DNA of 64,000 nt, from NCBI GenBank assembly GCA_963770835.1, contig CAVYRH010000005.1, positions 96,001-160,000 on the forward strand, read 5' to 3'. The notes under the pieces were generated by a model. It did not search any database and was not told the DNA's origin. It saw only the letters and a program-made list of their open reading frames with translations. The DNA comes from an uncultured Pseudomonadota bacterium. GTDB taxonomy: Bacteria; Oederibacteriota; Muellerivitia; Muellerivitales; Muellerivitaceae. Position numbers and translations under genes: made by a program. Shown here in pieces: positions 32,337 to 42,243 of this stretch (positions are counted from its first letter, which is position 1; each line of letters opens with the position of its first letter).

Positions 32337-33095
32337 ATGCCAGCCTCAACCACCGATCAGCCGAAATACCTTGTCCAACACCTCGTCGAATTGCGTCAAA
32401 GGCTCATAAGATGCCTTGTCATTGTCGTCATTGGAATGGTAGCGGCATTCTGGAAATCGGTCTGGCTTTTTGAACTTCTTTTGCGCCCCTTCCACAAAAT
32501 CCAGGATCAATTTCCAGACTTTGCCGCCCAGGTTCATTCCCTCCAAACCTTGACTCCCATCGAAGCTTTTATGATTAATATGAAGTTGGCCACGTTTGCC
32601 GGATTGATCCTGGCTTCTCCCTTTATCTTAAGGGAAATTTGGGCCTTTTCCGTCCCCGCTTTGAAAACCAACGAGCGGGGAGCGATCCTCATGGTGTTTT
32701 GTTTGGGCCTCTTTTTTTTTGCAGGGGGACTGGCTTTTGGCTATTTTGTGATCATCCCATTGGCGCTTCAATTCCTAGTACGGTACAACTTGGATTACCA
32801 CTTCATCCCCCAATGGACCCTGCAGGGTTATTTCAGTTTCCTGGTGAATTTTCTCCTCGTCTTTGGGTGCCTTTTCGAACTGCCGCTCGTTTTAGCGGCC
32901 CTGGTCAGCATTGGTGTGGCGACACCGGCGTTTTTGTCCCAAAAGCGTAAACACGCAATTGTGGGCATTTTCATACTAGCCTTCTTTGTCGCCCCAAGTG
33001 CCGACCCGATTAGCCAGACATTAGTGGCCTTGCCATTGATTGCGCTTTATGAAGTTGGGATTTGGTTGTCCTATTTAGCCGTTCGGAAGAGCTAG
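32337..33095 (+). CDS. tatC: Twin-arginine translocase subunit TatC
   Basis: HLVELRQRL, 'EIWAFSVPAL', FELP, 'DPISQ...LYEVG'. Confidence 0.92.
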   Translation: MPASTTDQPKYLVQHLVELRQRLIRCLVIVVIGMVAAFWKSVWLFELLLRPFHKIQDQFPDFAAQVHSLQTLTPIEAFMINMKLATFAGLILASPFILREIWAFSVPALKTNERGAILMVFCLGLFFFAGGLAFGYFVIIPLALQFLVRYNLDYHFIPQWTLQGYFSFLVNFLLVFGCLFELPLVLAALVSIGVATPAFLSQKRKHAIVGIFILAFFVAPSADPISQTLVALPLIALYEVGIWLSYLAVRKS

Positions 33096-33179
33096 CTGGC
33101 AGTTAACTTCGATTCCACGGGATTAAGCCTCTTTCGGAGCCAGCGGTGAACTGTCGTCCCGGAACTGGTTTTAGGTGCG

Positions 33180-33208
33180 TTGACTTTTCCCAATGAGGAG
33201 CTGATAAT
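33180..33208 (+). promoter_or_regulatory. Sigma70 promoter for transaldolase
   Basis: TTGACT-17 bp-GATAAT upstream of a GGGAGG RBS. Confidence 0.6.
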
Positions 33209-33244
33209 TTCAAAAGAACTGAAGAGAAAAGGGAGGGAATCATT

Positions 33245-33904
33245 ATGAAGTTTTTCTTAGACACGGCCAACATTGATGAAATCAAACAAGGTGTCGCTTG
33301 GGGACTTGTGGACGGCGTCACTACAAATCCCTCCTTGGTAGCAAAGGAAGGCGTAAATTTTCACGCTCGTATCAAGGAAATTTGCGCCTTGGTCAATGGG
33401 TCGGTTTCTGCGGAAGTGACTGCAACCGATTACGACGGAATGATCAAAGAGGGCCATACACTGGCTAAATTGCACGACAATGTAACGGTGAAGGTGCCGC
33501 TCATTCCTGAGGGAATACAGGCCTGCCGCACCTTGACCCAGGAAGGCATCAAAGTTAACGTAACTCTTTGCTTTTCGCCTTCCCAGGCGCTTTTGGCCGC
33601 GAAGGCCGGGGCAACCTTTATTAGCCCCTTTGTAGGACGGCTGGATGATATTTCCGAGGATGGAATGAGGTTGGTAGGTGAAATCGTCCAAATCTACAAG
33701 AATTATGGTTTTCCTACACAGGTTTTAGCCGCTTCACTCCGGCATCCTCAGCACGTGGTGCAATCAGCCTTAATGGGAGCCCATGTGGGAACTATGCCTT
33801 TCGGAGTTATGAAAATGCTCTTTAACCACCCCCTGACGGATATCGGCCTGAAAAAATTTCTGGCTGACTGGGAAAAAGTTAAGGCTCAAGTGGCCCAAAA
33901 ATAG
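33245..33904 (+). CDS. tal: Transaldolase / fructose-6-phosphate aldolase (TalC/FSA family)
   Basis: [18 protein letters not shown] (Schiff-base Lys) and SPFVGRLDD. Confidence 0.93.
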   Translation: MKFFLDTANIDEIKQGVAWGLVDGVTTNPSLVAKEGVNFHARIKEICALVNGSVSAEVTATDYDGMIKEGHTLAKLHDNVTVKVPLIPEGIQACRTLTQEGIKVNVTLCFSPSQALLAAKAGATFISPFVGRLDDISEDGMRLVGEIVQIYKNYGFPTQVLAASLRHPQHVVQSALMGAHVGTMPFGVMKMLFNHPLTDIGLKKFLADWEKVKAQVAQK

Positions 33905-33931
33905 GGGTTGCCTTCTAAAGTTCGGATTTCG

Positions 33932-33956
33932 GGGCGGCGAATGCCGCCCTTTTTTA
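33932..33956 (+). terminator. Rho-independent terminator
   Basis: GGGCGGC-GAAT-GCCGCCC followed by a T-tract. Confidence 0.75.
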
Positions 33957-33961
33957 TTTAA

Positions 33962-34204
33962 ATGGGCGAGGAAAAATTTTTGGAAATTTCATACTTTGGA
34001 AAATGGTTGGCGGGACTGGGGTTGTTCCTGGTGGTATTGGGGGTATTTTTTTGGATGGCGGACAAGATCCCATTTTGGGAGCGGCTACCTGGGGACATTA
34101 AGATTGAAGATAAAGATTTTAAGTTTTATTTCCCACTTGTCTCCTGCCTTTTGCTTTCAGTGGTTGGTTCGCTGATACTTTGGGTGCTTTCGAAATTAAA
34201 GTGA
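33962..34204 (+). CDS. DUF2905 family small membrane protein
   Basis: 'RLPGDIKIE...FYFPLVSCLLLS' signature. Confidence 0.85.
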   Translation: MGEEKFLEISYFGKWLAGLGLFLVVLGVFFWMADKIPFWERLPGDIKIEDKDFKFYFPLVSCLLLSVVGSLILWVLSKLK

Positions 34205-35403
34205 AAGTCCGCCACATTCTTTTATTCTTATTTTTGTTTTTGGGAGGATGTGCCACAGAACCCTTGATTTCTACCAGGGTTGGGGAAGTTTCCCCAAAGG
34301 CCCCTGATGAAACAGAAATAAACGAGAAAATCCGGGTTGCTATCGCTATTCATCAAATCTCAGTCCATCTGATGGCGCCGGAATCCTTTACCTTGTCCGG
34401 GTTCCCTTGGGAAACGCCGGTAATTTTCAAGAACGAAAAACAATACCATGAAACGACTTTGACATCCGACCAGCTTTATACACAAAGGGCCTATATTGAG
34501 CCATTGGGGGATGGACAAATCCAGGTGAATGGAAAAAGCTTTAAAGGATCCATGGAAATTATCGGTGAGCGGGAAGGCACGCTTACGGTGATTAATGAAC
34601 TTCCATTAGAGGATTACGTCATGGGGGTTCTAGCGGGCGAAATTCCACGCGACTGGCCCCTGGAGGCTCTCAAGGCGCAAGCCATTGCGGCTAGAACTTT
34701 CGCGGTGTTGAAGCGAACTGCGGCTCGTGAAAAGAACGAACTTTACGATTTAGAAAACACGGCCCAATTCCAAATGTACCAAGGGTCGGGCTTGGTGAAT
34801 GAAAAAATCCAGCAGGCTGTTCGGGAAACCCAAGGGCAGATCGCAACCTATGACTCCAAGCCCATTTCAGCCTTTTTTCATTCTAATTGTGGCGGTGAAA
34901 CCTGCGGAGCCATGGATGTTTGGAGCCAGGACAAACCTTATTTAAAACCTGTTACCTGCCCTTTTGGAAACAATGGAACCCATTTCCGCTGGCATGCTGA
35001 AATAGGGATCAGGGATTTGGTTCGCCAGCTACGTGGGGCGGGAATCAAGATTAGCGACATCGTTCGCTTGGAGGCCGTGGAAAAGGACGAGTCGGAACGG
35101 ATATTAAAACTTTCAATCATGGACGCGGACGGTTCCATTAAAACCATGAAGGGCGCGACTTTTCGCATGGCTGCAGGACCCGATATCATCCGCAGTACCC
35201 GATTTCGTGCCGAGGTCGGCCAAAACAAAGTAATTTTTAACGGAAAAGGTTGGGGCCACGGAGTAGGGTTGTGTCAGGAGGGAGCTTGTGGCATGGCACT
35301 GAAGGGTTACAATGCCTATGAAATCCTTCGGTATTATTACCACGGCATCATACTTGAAAAAATAAAAGACAATTATCAGCAATCGGTCATTGCTGACCCT
35401 TAA
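34201..35403 (+). CDS. SpoIID/LytB-domain lipoprotein (lytic transglycosylase-like)
   Basis: Lipobox LGG-C; 'LEDYVMGVLAGE', 'EALKAQAIAART' and 'GWGHGVGLCQEGA'. Confidence 0.9.
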   Translation: MKVRHILLFLFLFLGGCATEPLISTRVGEVSPKAPDETEINEKIRVAIAIHQISVHLMAPESFTLSGFPWETPVIFKNEKQYHETTLTSDQLYTQRAYIEPLGDGQIQVNGKSFKGSMEIIGEREGTLTVINELPLEDYVMGVLAGEIPRDWPLEALKAQAIAARTFAVLKRTAAREKNELYDLENTAQFQMYQGSGLVNEKIQQAVRETQGQIATYDSKPISAFFHSNCGGETCGAMDVWSQDKPYLKPVTCPFGNNGTHFRWHAEIGIRDLVRQLRGAGIKISDIVRLEAVEKDESERILKLSIMDADGSIKTMKGATFRMAAGPDIIRSTRFRAEVGQNKVIFNGKGWGHGVGLCQEGACGMALKGYNAYEILRYYYHGIILEKIKDNYQQSVIADP

Positions 35404-35430
35404 TCTTTAAAACAATGCGGGTGTAACTGG

Positions 35431-36474
35431 ATGCCAATGAAAACGAGTCTCTTTGATTATCACCTTCCCTTTGAAAAGATTGCCCAACGGCCCTTGAAGA
35501 AACGAGACGCTTCTCGAATGTTAGTGCTGGACCGTAAAACCGGAAGAGTAAGTCACAGCTTTGTTCGTGATCTTCCCAAATGGTTGTTACCTGGCGACCT
35601 GATGGTAGTCAATCAAACGAAGGTTTTTCCCGCGCGTCTTTACGCCATCAAGCCGGACACCGGTGCTAAATTGGAAATTTTCCTGTTGAGACCCGTTTTT
35701 CAAGATGCCTTGGAAGAATGGGAGACCCTCATTAGCCCCGCCAAAAGAATCCAGGGAAATCCGGTGCTGAAGTTAGAAGGGAAGGGTGAGGCTGCGGTCC
35801 TGGAATCCCTTGGAGAGGGACATTTTATTTTGCGGCTAAATCATGTAGGCAACGTCCGGAAATTTCTTGACCAAAATGGGCATATTCCCCTCCCACCTTA
35901 TATCAAACGAATGGACGACATCACTGACCGGACCCGATATCAGACCCTTTTTGCCAAAACGGAAGGTTCAGTGGCCGCTCCGACCGCTGGATTGCATTTC
36001 ACGAAATCCCTTTTGATAGAACTGAAAAGAAAAGGAGTGAGCCGAGCGGCGATCACTTTGCATGTGGGTTTGGGAACATTTCTTCCGGTGTCTTCCGACT
36101 ACTTGGACAAACATATTATGCATCCTGAGAAGTTCGAAGTGCCCAAATCGACGGCTTCTGTGGTTCACAAAACAAGACAAGGCCGGGGAAGGGTTGTGGC
36201 CGTGGGAACCACGGTGGTCCGTGCCCTGGAATCGGCGATGATGCCGGATGGTTCTTTTAAAACCGAAGAGGACGAAACCCGGCTATTTATTTCCCCGGGT
36301 TACGTCTTCATGGCTGTCGACGCACTTTTTACTAATTTCCATCAACCCCGGTCGACATTGCTCATGCTGGTATGTGCTTTCGCGGGAAGAGAAAGGCTTT
36401 TGGCGGCCTATGAAGAAGCTCTTCGGGAAGGATACCGGTTTCTCTCTTATGGTGACGCCATGTTGATTCTTTAA
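35431..36474 (+). CDS. queA: SAM:tRNA ribosyltransferase-isomerase QueA
   Basis: PLPPYI, 'GSVAAPTAGLHF', LHVGLGTF and FLSYGDAMLI. Confidence 0.96.
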   Translation: MPMKTSLFDYHLPFEKIAQRPLKKRDASRMLVLDRKTGRVSHSFVRDLPKWLLPGDLMVVNQTKVFPARLYAIKPDTGAKLEIFLLRPVFQDALEEWETLISPAKRIQGNPVLKLEGKGEAAVLESLGEGHFILRLNHVGNVRKFLDQNGHIPLPPYIKRMDDITDRTRYQTLFAKTEGSVAAPTAGLHFTKSLLIELKRKGVSRAAITLHVGLGTFLPVSSDYLDKHIMHPEKFEVPKSTASVVHKTRQGRGRVVAVGTTVVRALESAMMPDGSFKTEEDETRLFISPGYVFMAVDALFTNFHQPRSTLLMLVCAFAGRERLLAAYEEALREGYRFLSYGDAMLIL

Positions 36475-36672
36475 AAAACTGTTTTTTTGCCTTTTTCAAT
36501 ATTTAGGTCAGAAAATCCACTCATGAGTGGGAGTTGTTTGTAAAATGCCTGTGCCCTCTATTGTAAGAAAATCCCTGCACGAGGTGGGATAGCCAAACCC
36601 AGGTCGAATGTTCGCCATCCCCACCGGCGCAAGAAATCCAAAAAGAAGCAAGCCTGGATTGCGACAGAAATA

Positions 36673-38844
36673 ATGACGCCCAAAAGGATTAAAAAGCAGG
36701 ATTTGATTCCGCTGGCACTTCTCTTTCTTTGTTGGACCCTCTTCAATTACAAGACTCTTTTCTTGGGACAAACGTTCGTTTTGGAGGATTCTTCCCGTTT
36801 TTTTTACCCGTTTTGGAAATGGGGGGCAGAGGTTTGGAGCCGGGGACTGATACCTCTTTGGAACCCGGACGCAGGATTTGGAACACCCTATCTTGCTGAT
36901 CCTCAGATGGCGGCTTGGTATCCGCCAAGCAGGCTTTTTTATTTTATTTTTTCTCCAACAAATGCTTTTACCTTTTTGATTCTTCTCCATTATTTGTGGG
37001 TCCTTTTGGGTTGTTGGGTCTTTGGCCGTACCCGCGGGTTTTGCCCCTGGGTTGTTCTAGGCAGTTGCCTCATTTTGGGGTTTTCCTTCAACGCGGTAAC
37101 CCTTTCCTGGGCAACACCCATGCTCTTTGCTTATTCTTGGGTTCCATGGATATTTCATGAAGTCGATTACTTGCGGGAATCCCGTAAGGGCTCCTTTCTG
37201 CTGCTTTCGTTGTTCCTAGCCCTGCAAATGGCAGCAGGTTATCCCCTTTTTTCTTATCTCACCTTGTTGGCACTGAGTTTGGAATGGTTTTTGATTCATC
37301 TGGAATCGGCGTGGAAAAGAAATTGGCTGAAAGAAGCGGGATTGGAAATGGGAGCTGTATTTCTGGCTGTGGGTTACAACGCAGCCTGGTTGTTGCCTTT
37401 TAAGGAATTTATTCCCTATAGCAACTTGGATACTCGTTTGGGATTATCCGAATTCTTAGACTGGACCGACTTAGCAACATGGATGAATCCTTTCTTCAAA
37501 GGACATCCCCTACATTCCCATCCAGAAGTCCCTTTTTCTGTAACCGTTTACTTTGTGGGTTTGCCTGGTTTGGTTGTTTTGGGCTGGGCTTCTTTATCTC
37601 GGAAGGTTGCCAAAGTCTCGCTGTCTTTCTTTCTCATTCTCTTAATCCTGAGTCTTGGCCCCACCGCATATCTGGGCGGATTGTTGAAAACTTTATTTCC
37701 AGGTTATGGTTTGATTGTTAGATCCGGTTACTGGATTCCGTTTGTAATTTGGGCATTGGCCCGGATTTTTATGGAAGTTGAAGGCCATTTAATCAAGATG
37801 ACAGAGAAGACTGAAGTTTGGGTTTTTATGACCCTTTTGATTTACTTTTTGGCGGTCATTATGGGTGTGCCATGGGAACTTTGGAGTCTCTGGTTGTCAT
37901 TTTTTTTTCTGCTTGGTGTCGGTTTTCAGAAGATTTTCACTTGGGAATGGAGGAGAACATTTCTAATCCTTTCCTTGCTTTTTTCCATGGGGCCGGTGGC
38001 TCAAAGCGTGAATTTTACGATGGAAAAGCCTTATTACAACGAACCACCTTTGGCTTTCTCGCAACTTTCCGCTCCTGGGCGTATTTATAATGCCCCTTCA
38101 GTGGAAGACTATTTTCGAAACGTTTCGGGAAACGGTGTGGCCGACGCCTACAAGAAACTAAAGGAGGCGATAGTTTCCAATTGGCCTCTTGCCTTCGGCT
38201 TTCAGGAAGTTGGTTATTCCAACGCTTTGTTCATGAAACCATTTCTTAATTGGTATTACGCACCGTTTTGGGATGGGGGTTCCCTCAAAATACTGGATTA
38301 TTTAAACAGCCGGTACGTGGTTGGATGGATGCCCGGCTTTAATGGCGTCAGCTTTATGTCGGCGGGCACAGTTCCGCTTTGGGAAAATCCTTCCGCTGAA
38401 CCGAAATGGCGTTCTTGCGACAAGGCTATTGCTGAAAATGATTGGAAGACGGATTTCGGAAAAATCAAAAAAAATGAGTTCGAATTTTCTAAGACTTGCT
38501 TTGTGTCTAATCCAACGATAGAGGGATTCTACAAACCACGCGTCGTTTTAGAAACCCAGGAAGGCCCCAATACAAAAAGCCTAAGAGCCGTCGGGAAAGG
38601 AAGAGCCTTGCTGATTTCAAGCGAGATTGACTATCCGGGTTGGAAGATGAAGGCGAACGGTATAAAAGGGAAAGTGGAAGAAGTGAACCATGGGTTCCAA
38701 GGTGTGGTGCTTGACCAGGGTCAGGGAATAGCCACCCTTTCTTACCAACCAACGACTTTTCGATTGGGAGCTTTTCTCTCTTTTTTGGTTTGCGCTGTTT
38801 GGGTTGGAATGGCACTTAAGATAAAGGCACATTCTCATGCATGA
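36673..38844 (+). CDS. YfhO-like polytopic membrane protein (GT-C glycosyltransferase-like)
   Basis: 'PLWNPDAGFGTPYLADPQMAAWYP', many TM helices, C-terminal 'YPGWK...VNHGFQGV...YQP...G'. Confidence 0.75.
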   Translation: MTPKRIKKQDLIPLALLFLCWTLFNYKTLFLGQTFVLEDSSRFFYPFWKWGAEVWSRGLIPLWNPDAGFGTPYLADPQMAAWYPPSRLFYFIFSPTNAFTFLILLHYLWVLLGCWVFGRTRGFCPWVVLGSCLILGFSFNAVTLSWATPMLFAYSWVPWIFHEVDYLRESRKGSFLLLSLFLALQMAAGYPLFSYLTLLALSLEWFLIHLESAWKRNWLKEAGLEMGAVFLAVGYNAAWLLPFKEFIPYSNLDTRLGLSEFLDWTDLATWMNPFFKGHPLHSHPEVPFSVTVYFVGLPGLVVLGWASLSRKVAKVSLSFFLILLILSLGPTAYLGGLLKTLFPGYGLIVRSGYWIPFVIWALARIFMEVEGHLIKMTEKTEVWVFMTLLIYFLAVIMGVPWELWSLWLSFFFLLGVGFQKIFTWEWRRTFLILSLLFSMGPVAQSVNFTMEKPYYNEPPLAFSQLSAPGRIYNAPSVEDYFRNVSGNGVADAYKKLKEAIVSNWPLAFGFQEVGYSNALFMKPFLNWYYAPFWDGGSLKILDYLNSRYVVGWMPGFNGVSFMSAGTVPLWENPSAEPKWRSCDKAIAENDWKTDFGKIKKNEFEFSKTCFVSNPTIEGFYKPRVVLETQEGPNTKSLRAVGKGRALLISSEIDYPGWKMKANGIKGKVEEVNHGFQGVVLDQGQGIATLSYQPTTFRLGAFLSFLVCAVWVGMALKIKAHSHA

Positions 38845-39952
38845 ATTTCAGGTGACATCCCGCGACCCCAAAACTTCTGCACGTTGTGGGATATTAAAAT
38901 TGACCCACGGGGAGGTCCAAACGCCTTGTTACATGCCCGTAGGCACTCAAGCTTCGGTCAAAGCCTTGTCATCCGAGGATGTTTTATCCTGTGGTTCCGA
39001 GATACTATTAGCCAATACCTATCACCTCATGTTGAGACCGGGGGCTGACCTTATTGAAAAGGCTGGTGGGCTCCACGCTTTTATGCATTGGGAAAAACCC
39101 ATTCTTACCGATAGTGGGGGGTTTCAGGTCTTCAGCCTGGCCGATTTAAGGAAAATAACGGAAAATGGGGTCCAGTTTCAATCGCACCTGGATGGGAGCA
39201 AATGGGAGATGACACCGGAATCGGCAACCGTGCTCCAACACCGTATCGGGGCGGACATCATCATGGCCTTTGATGAATGTATTCCTTACCCATCGCCTGA
39301 GGATTATGTGGACCAGTCGGTGGAGCGCACTACCCGTTGGGCCAATCGTTGCATTCAAGTCCATTCCCAATGTGGCCGCGATAAAACCCAAGCCCTTTAC
39401 GGTATTGTCCAAGGTTCCAATTTTCCCCACCTGCGGGAAAAAAGCGCTAAGCAACTTTTTGCCTTGGATTTTCCTGGTTATGCCATAGGGGGAGTATCGG
39501 TAGGTGAGCCTAAAGAAGTCATTTACGGTGTAGTGGAACAGACAGTGCCCTATTTGCCCCAAAACAAGCCCCGCTACTTGATGGGAGTTGGTACCCCGGA
39601 AGACCTTTGGGAATGTGTTGAACGCGGAATAGATCTTTTCGATTGCGTTATGCCCACTCGTATCGCCCGCAACGGCACAGCCTTGACTCAGAAAGGCAGA
39701 GTTATACTTAAAAATACCCAATATGCCTCAGATTTTACACCTTTGGATTCCCAATGCTCCTGCGAATGCTGCCGCAATTACACAAAGGCCTACCTAAGGC
39801 ATCTGTTTCAGGCCGAGGAGTTGCTGGTCCTTCGGTTGGTTTCGCTTCATAATTTAAGTTTTATGAACAAAATCACCTCGATGATTCGCAAGTCTATTGT
39901 GGAAGGGTGCTTTTTGGAGGCCAAAACCAAATTTTTTCAGTCTTACAGCTAG
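38837..39952 (+). CDS. tgt: tRNA-guanine transglycosylase
   Basis: TPCYMPVGT, NTYHL, TDSGGFQVFSL, FDCVMPTR and the CxCxxC zinc site. Confidence 0.97.
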   Translation: MHEFQVTSRDPKTSARCGILKLTHGEVQTPCYMPVGTQASVKALSSEDVLSCGSEILLANTYHLMLRPGADLIEKAGGLHAFMHWEKPILTDSGGFQVFSLADLRKITENGVQFQSHLDGSKWEMTPESATVLQHRIGADIIMAFDECIPYPSPEDYVDQSVERTTRWANRCIQVHSQCGRDKTQALYGIVQGSNFPHLREKSAKQLFALDFPGYAIGGVSVGEPKEVIYGVVEQTVPYLPQNKPRYLMGVGTPEDLWECVERGIDLFDCVMPTRIARNGTALTQKGRVILKNTQYASDFTPLDSQCSCECCRNYTKAYLRHLFQAEELLVLRLVSLHNLSFMNKITSMIRKSIVEGCFLEAKTKFFQSYS

Positions 39953-40044
39953 ACTTAAAACTCCCAAAACAATCAATTTGACTAAAAATTTGTGCTAGTT
40001 GACAAAAACAATTTAAGGGATTACCGTTTACCCAAAGGCGCTCC

Positions 40045-40320
40045 ATGGACAAAACGGCCCGCATACGGCACATCTTGGACACCCGTCTGACAACGGAAAC
40101 CCTCGACAAGATGTACCCCCCATCACGAGTTTTGGAAGAAGTGCTCCTCTCCCACGATGAACTAACTGGCAGGCATACGACGGTTTTTATTGATTTGTTT
40201 GAATTGGTTGGATCACTTGTTGAACTTGAGACAGGTGAAAGGTTGAGCGGTGACGCTTTAATGATTGTAAAGTCTCGCGTTGAAAATTTCTTGGTTCACC
40301 GTGGGTTTCGTTTGAAATAG
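40045..40320 (+). CDS. Small hypothetical protein
   Basis: 91-aa ORF with upstream TTGACA and a downstream hairpin TTCCGAAG-G-CTTCGGAA; no recognised motif. Confidence 0.6.
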   Translation: MDKTARIRHILDTRLTTETLDKMYPPSRVLEEVLLSHDELTGRHTTVFIDLFELVGSLVELETGERLSGDALMIVKSRVENFLVHRGFRLK

Positions 40321-40555
40321 CAATCCTAAGCCAAGCCTTTATTGATAGATCAATATTCCGAAGGCTTCGGAACATTTAATTTAAATTGATACTGTTCGCG
40401 ACAGGGTCTTACCGTCATTGGAAAGTAGCAATTTCGGTAAAAACGATCCCGGGTTTCTCTGCTCCTGCTTTAAGGAAGCCAAAGTTGAGCGTTGCGGCTT
40501 ATCCCACCCCCCGCCTATAATGGCCCCCTTATTCCAAGGGAAAGGTTTTTCTTAG

Positions 40556-41413
40556 GTGAAAACGTTCAAAACGATCGCCCATTCAAATGGCAAAAAGCCA
40601 AAGCAAGAGAACGCTCCCTCTGCGGCTTGGGTCAAAGTTCAGTTAGCCCGCCATCCCCAAAGGCCTTTTTCTTTGGATTACATACAACGGATTTTTACCG
40701 ATTTTAATGAAATCCACGGCGACAGGGCTTTTGGAGACGATCGCGCCATTGTCGCCGGGTTTGCCTATTTGGGCGAACAGCCGATTTTTGTAATTGGCCA
40801 ACAGAAGGGAAGGGACACCAAGGAAAATATAAAACGTAACTTTGGCATGCCCAATCCGGAAGGGTATCGGAAAGCCTTGCGGATCATGAGAATGAGCGAG
40901 AAGTTTAAAAAACCTATTATCATCTTCATTGATACCCCAGGCGCTTATCCGGGGCTTGGAGCGGAGGAAAGGGGACAGTCCGAAGCCATTGCCCGCAACT
41001 TATTGGAAATGGCGAAATTAAGGACTCCCATCATTGCGGTGGTCATCGGGGAAGGCGGCAGTGGAGGGGCATTGGGTATAGGCGTGGCCAACAAGGTTTT
41101 AATGTTGGAGAATTCAGTGTATTCCGTCATTTCTCCCGAAGGTTGCGCGGCCATCCTGTGGAACAACAGGGAAATGATCCAACAGGCCTCCGAAGTCCTC
41201 CGGCTGACAGCCCAAGACCTACTTTCGTTTAAGATTGTCGATGATATCGTTCCCGAGCCGGAAGGGGGAGCGCACCTGAACCATGATTTGGCGTCCATGA
41301 ATCTCAAGAAGGCCCTCGAAAAAAACCTAAAAACAATCATTGGTTTGTCTCCCAAAGCCCTGGAAGAACAGCGGTACCAGAAGTTCAGGGCCATGGGAGT
41401 ATTCCAGGACTAA
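40556..41413 (+). CDS. accA: Acetyl-CoA carboxylase carboxyltransferase alpha subunit
   Basis: ARHPQRP, HGDR, '[13 protein letters not shown]', IDTPGAYPG and GEGGSGGA. Confidence 0.96.
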   Translation: MKTFKTIAHSNGKKPKQENAPSAAWVKVQLARHPQRPFSLDYIQRIFTDFNEIHGDRAFGDDRAIVAGFAYLGEQPIFVIGQQKGRDTKENIKRNFGMPNPEGYRKALRIMRMSEKFKKPIIIFIDTPGAYPGLGAEERGQSEAIARNLLEMAKLRTPIIAVVIGEGGSGGALGIGVANKVLMLENSVYSVISPEGCAAILWNNREMIQQASEVLRLTAQDLLSFKIVDDIVPEPEGGAHLNHDLASMNLKKALEKNLKTIIGLSPKALEEQRYQKFRAMGVFQD

Positions 41414-41469
41414 GCGTCCCGGGCCAGCGTCAATCCAAATAGTACTCAAGTGATAAGGTAAAAGAACCT

Positions 41470-42177
41470 GTGAAAGTAACTTACCTCTTAAAACCACTTT
41501 TATTAGTAATGTTGGTTTTGGCCCCCGCGTTCAGTTCGGCCAAACCGGTTATTGTGCTGGATGCGGCCCATGGCGGCAGCGACTCCGGCGTAAAAACCGG
41601 TTCGGAGGTGGAAAAAGATTGGAACCTTCGGCTGGCGATCGCTGTGGAAAAGGCTTTGGAGAGCGCGGGCTTCGAGGTGGTACAGATACGCCGGAAGGAT
41701 GAAACCATCCCCGTGGAGAAAAGGGCTGAAAAAATCAATACGGCCCAGGCCTCCGCTGTCTTGGTGATCCACGCGGACCGCGAATGGAACGGAACCCACG
41801 GCGGGCCAATGATTATTGTGGAACCGCCGACCCAGGGCGGGGAGGCCCTAGAAATATCACGGTGGGGTGTCATTACGCCTTATCAATACCGAGTTAGTTT
41901 GAAATTGGGCCGGGATATTGCCCAGGCTTTAGGGTTGGGCGGTGAACTCTCCAGTTTTTCGGACAGCCGGGGACTGGCCGGCGAGGCGCAGACGGATACG
42001 GCCCGCCTTTTTTGTCTTCCACACCAGAGTCTCCGGTATCTCACGCCTCCCGCGGTGGTCTTGACTCCTTTGTTTTTGTCTTACACCCCGGATGTTCGGA
42101 AATTTTCAACTGATGAGGCGATGACGGACTTCGCGGATAAGGTTGCTCGGGGCGTGGCTAATTTTTTGCAATACTAG
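41470..42177 (+). CDS. N-acetylmuramoyl-L-alanine amidase (Amidase_3)-like protein, possibly inactive
   Basis: Signal peptide, LDAAHGG, EKDWNL, IHAD; 'PAVVLT' in place of PAVLVE. Confidence 0.75.
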   Translation: MKVTYLLKPLLLVMLVLAPAFSSAKPVIVLDAAHGGSDSGVKTGSEVEKDWNLRLAIAVEKALESAGFEVVQIRRKDETIPVEKRAEKINTAQASAVLVIHADREWNGTHGGPMIIVEPPTQGGEALEISRWGVITPYQYRVSLKLGRDIAQALGLGGELSSFSDSRGLAGEAQTDTARLFCLPHQSLRYLTPPAVVLTPLFLSYTPDVRKFSTDEAMTDFADKVARGVANFLQY

Positions 42178-42243
42178 GTTTTCAAAGAAGCTGGTCGATC
42201 GTTTATTTTTGGAAGAGAAATCACTAAGGATCTTGCCGGTTCC

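Noticed and set aside
40340..40355. FNR box (TTGAT...ATCAA)
   Set aside because: Spacer is 2 bp rather than 4, and the site lies just downstream of a gene
27300..41400. AT-richer stretch as a genomic island
   Set aside because: Contains core genes (tatC, tal, queA, tgt, accA); no integrase, tRNA or flanking repeats seen
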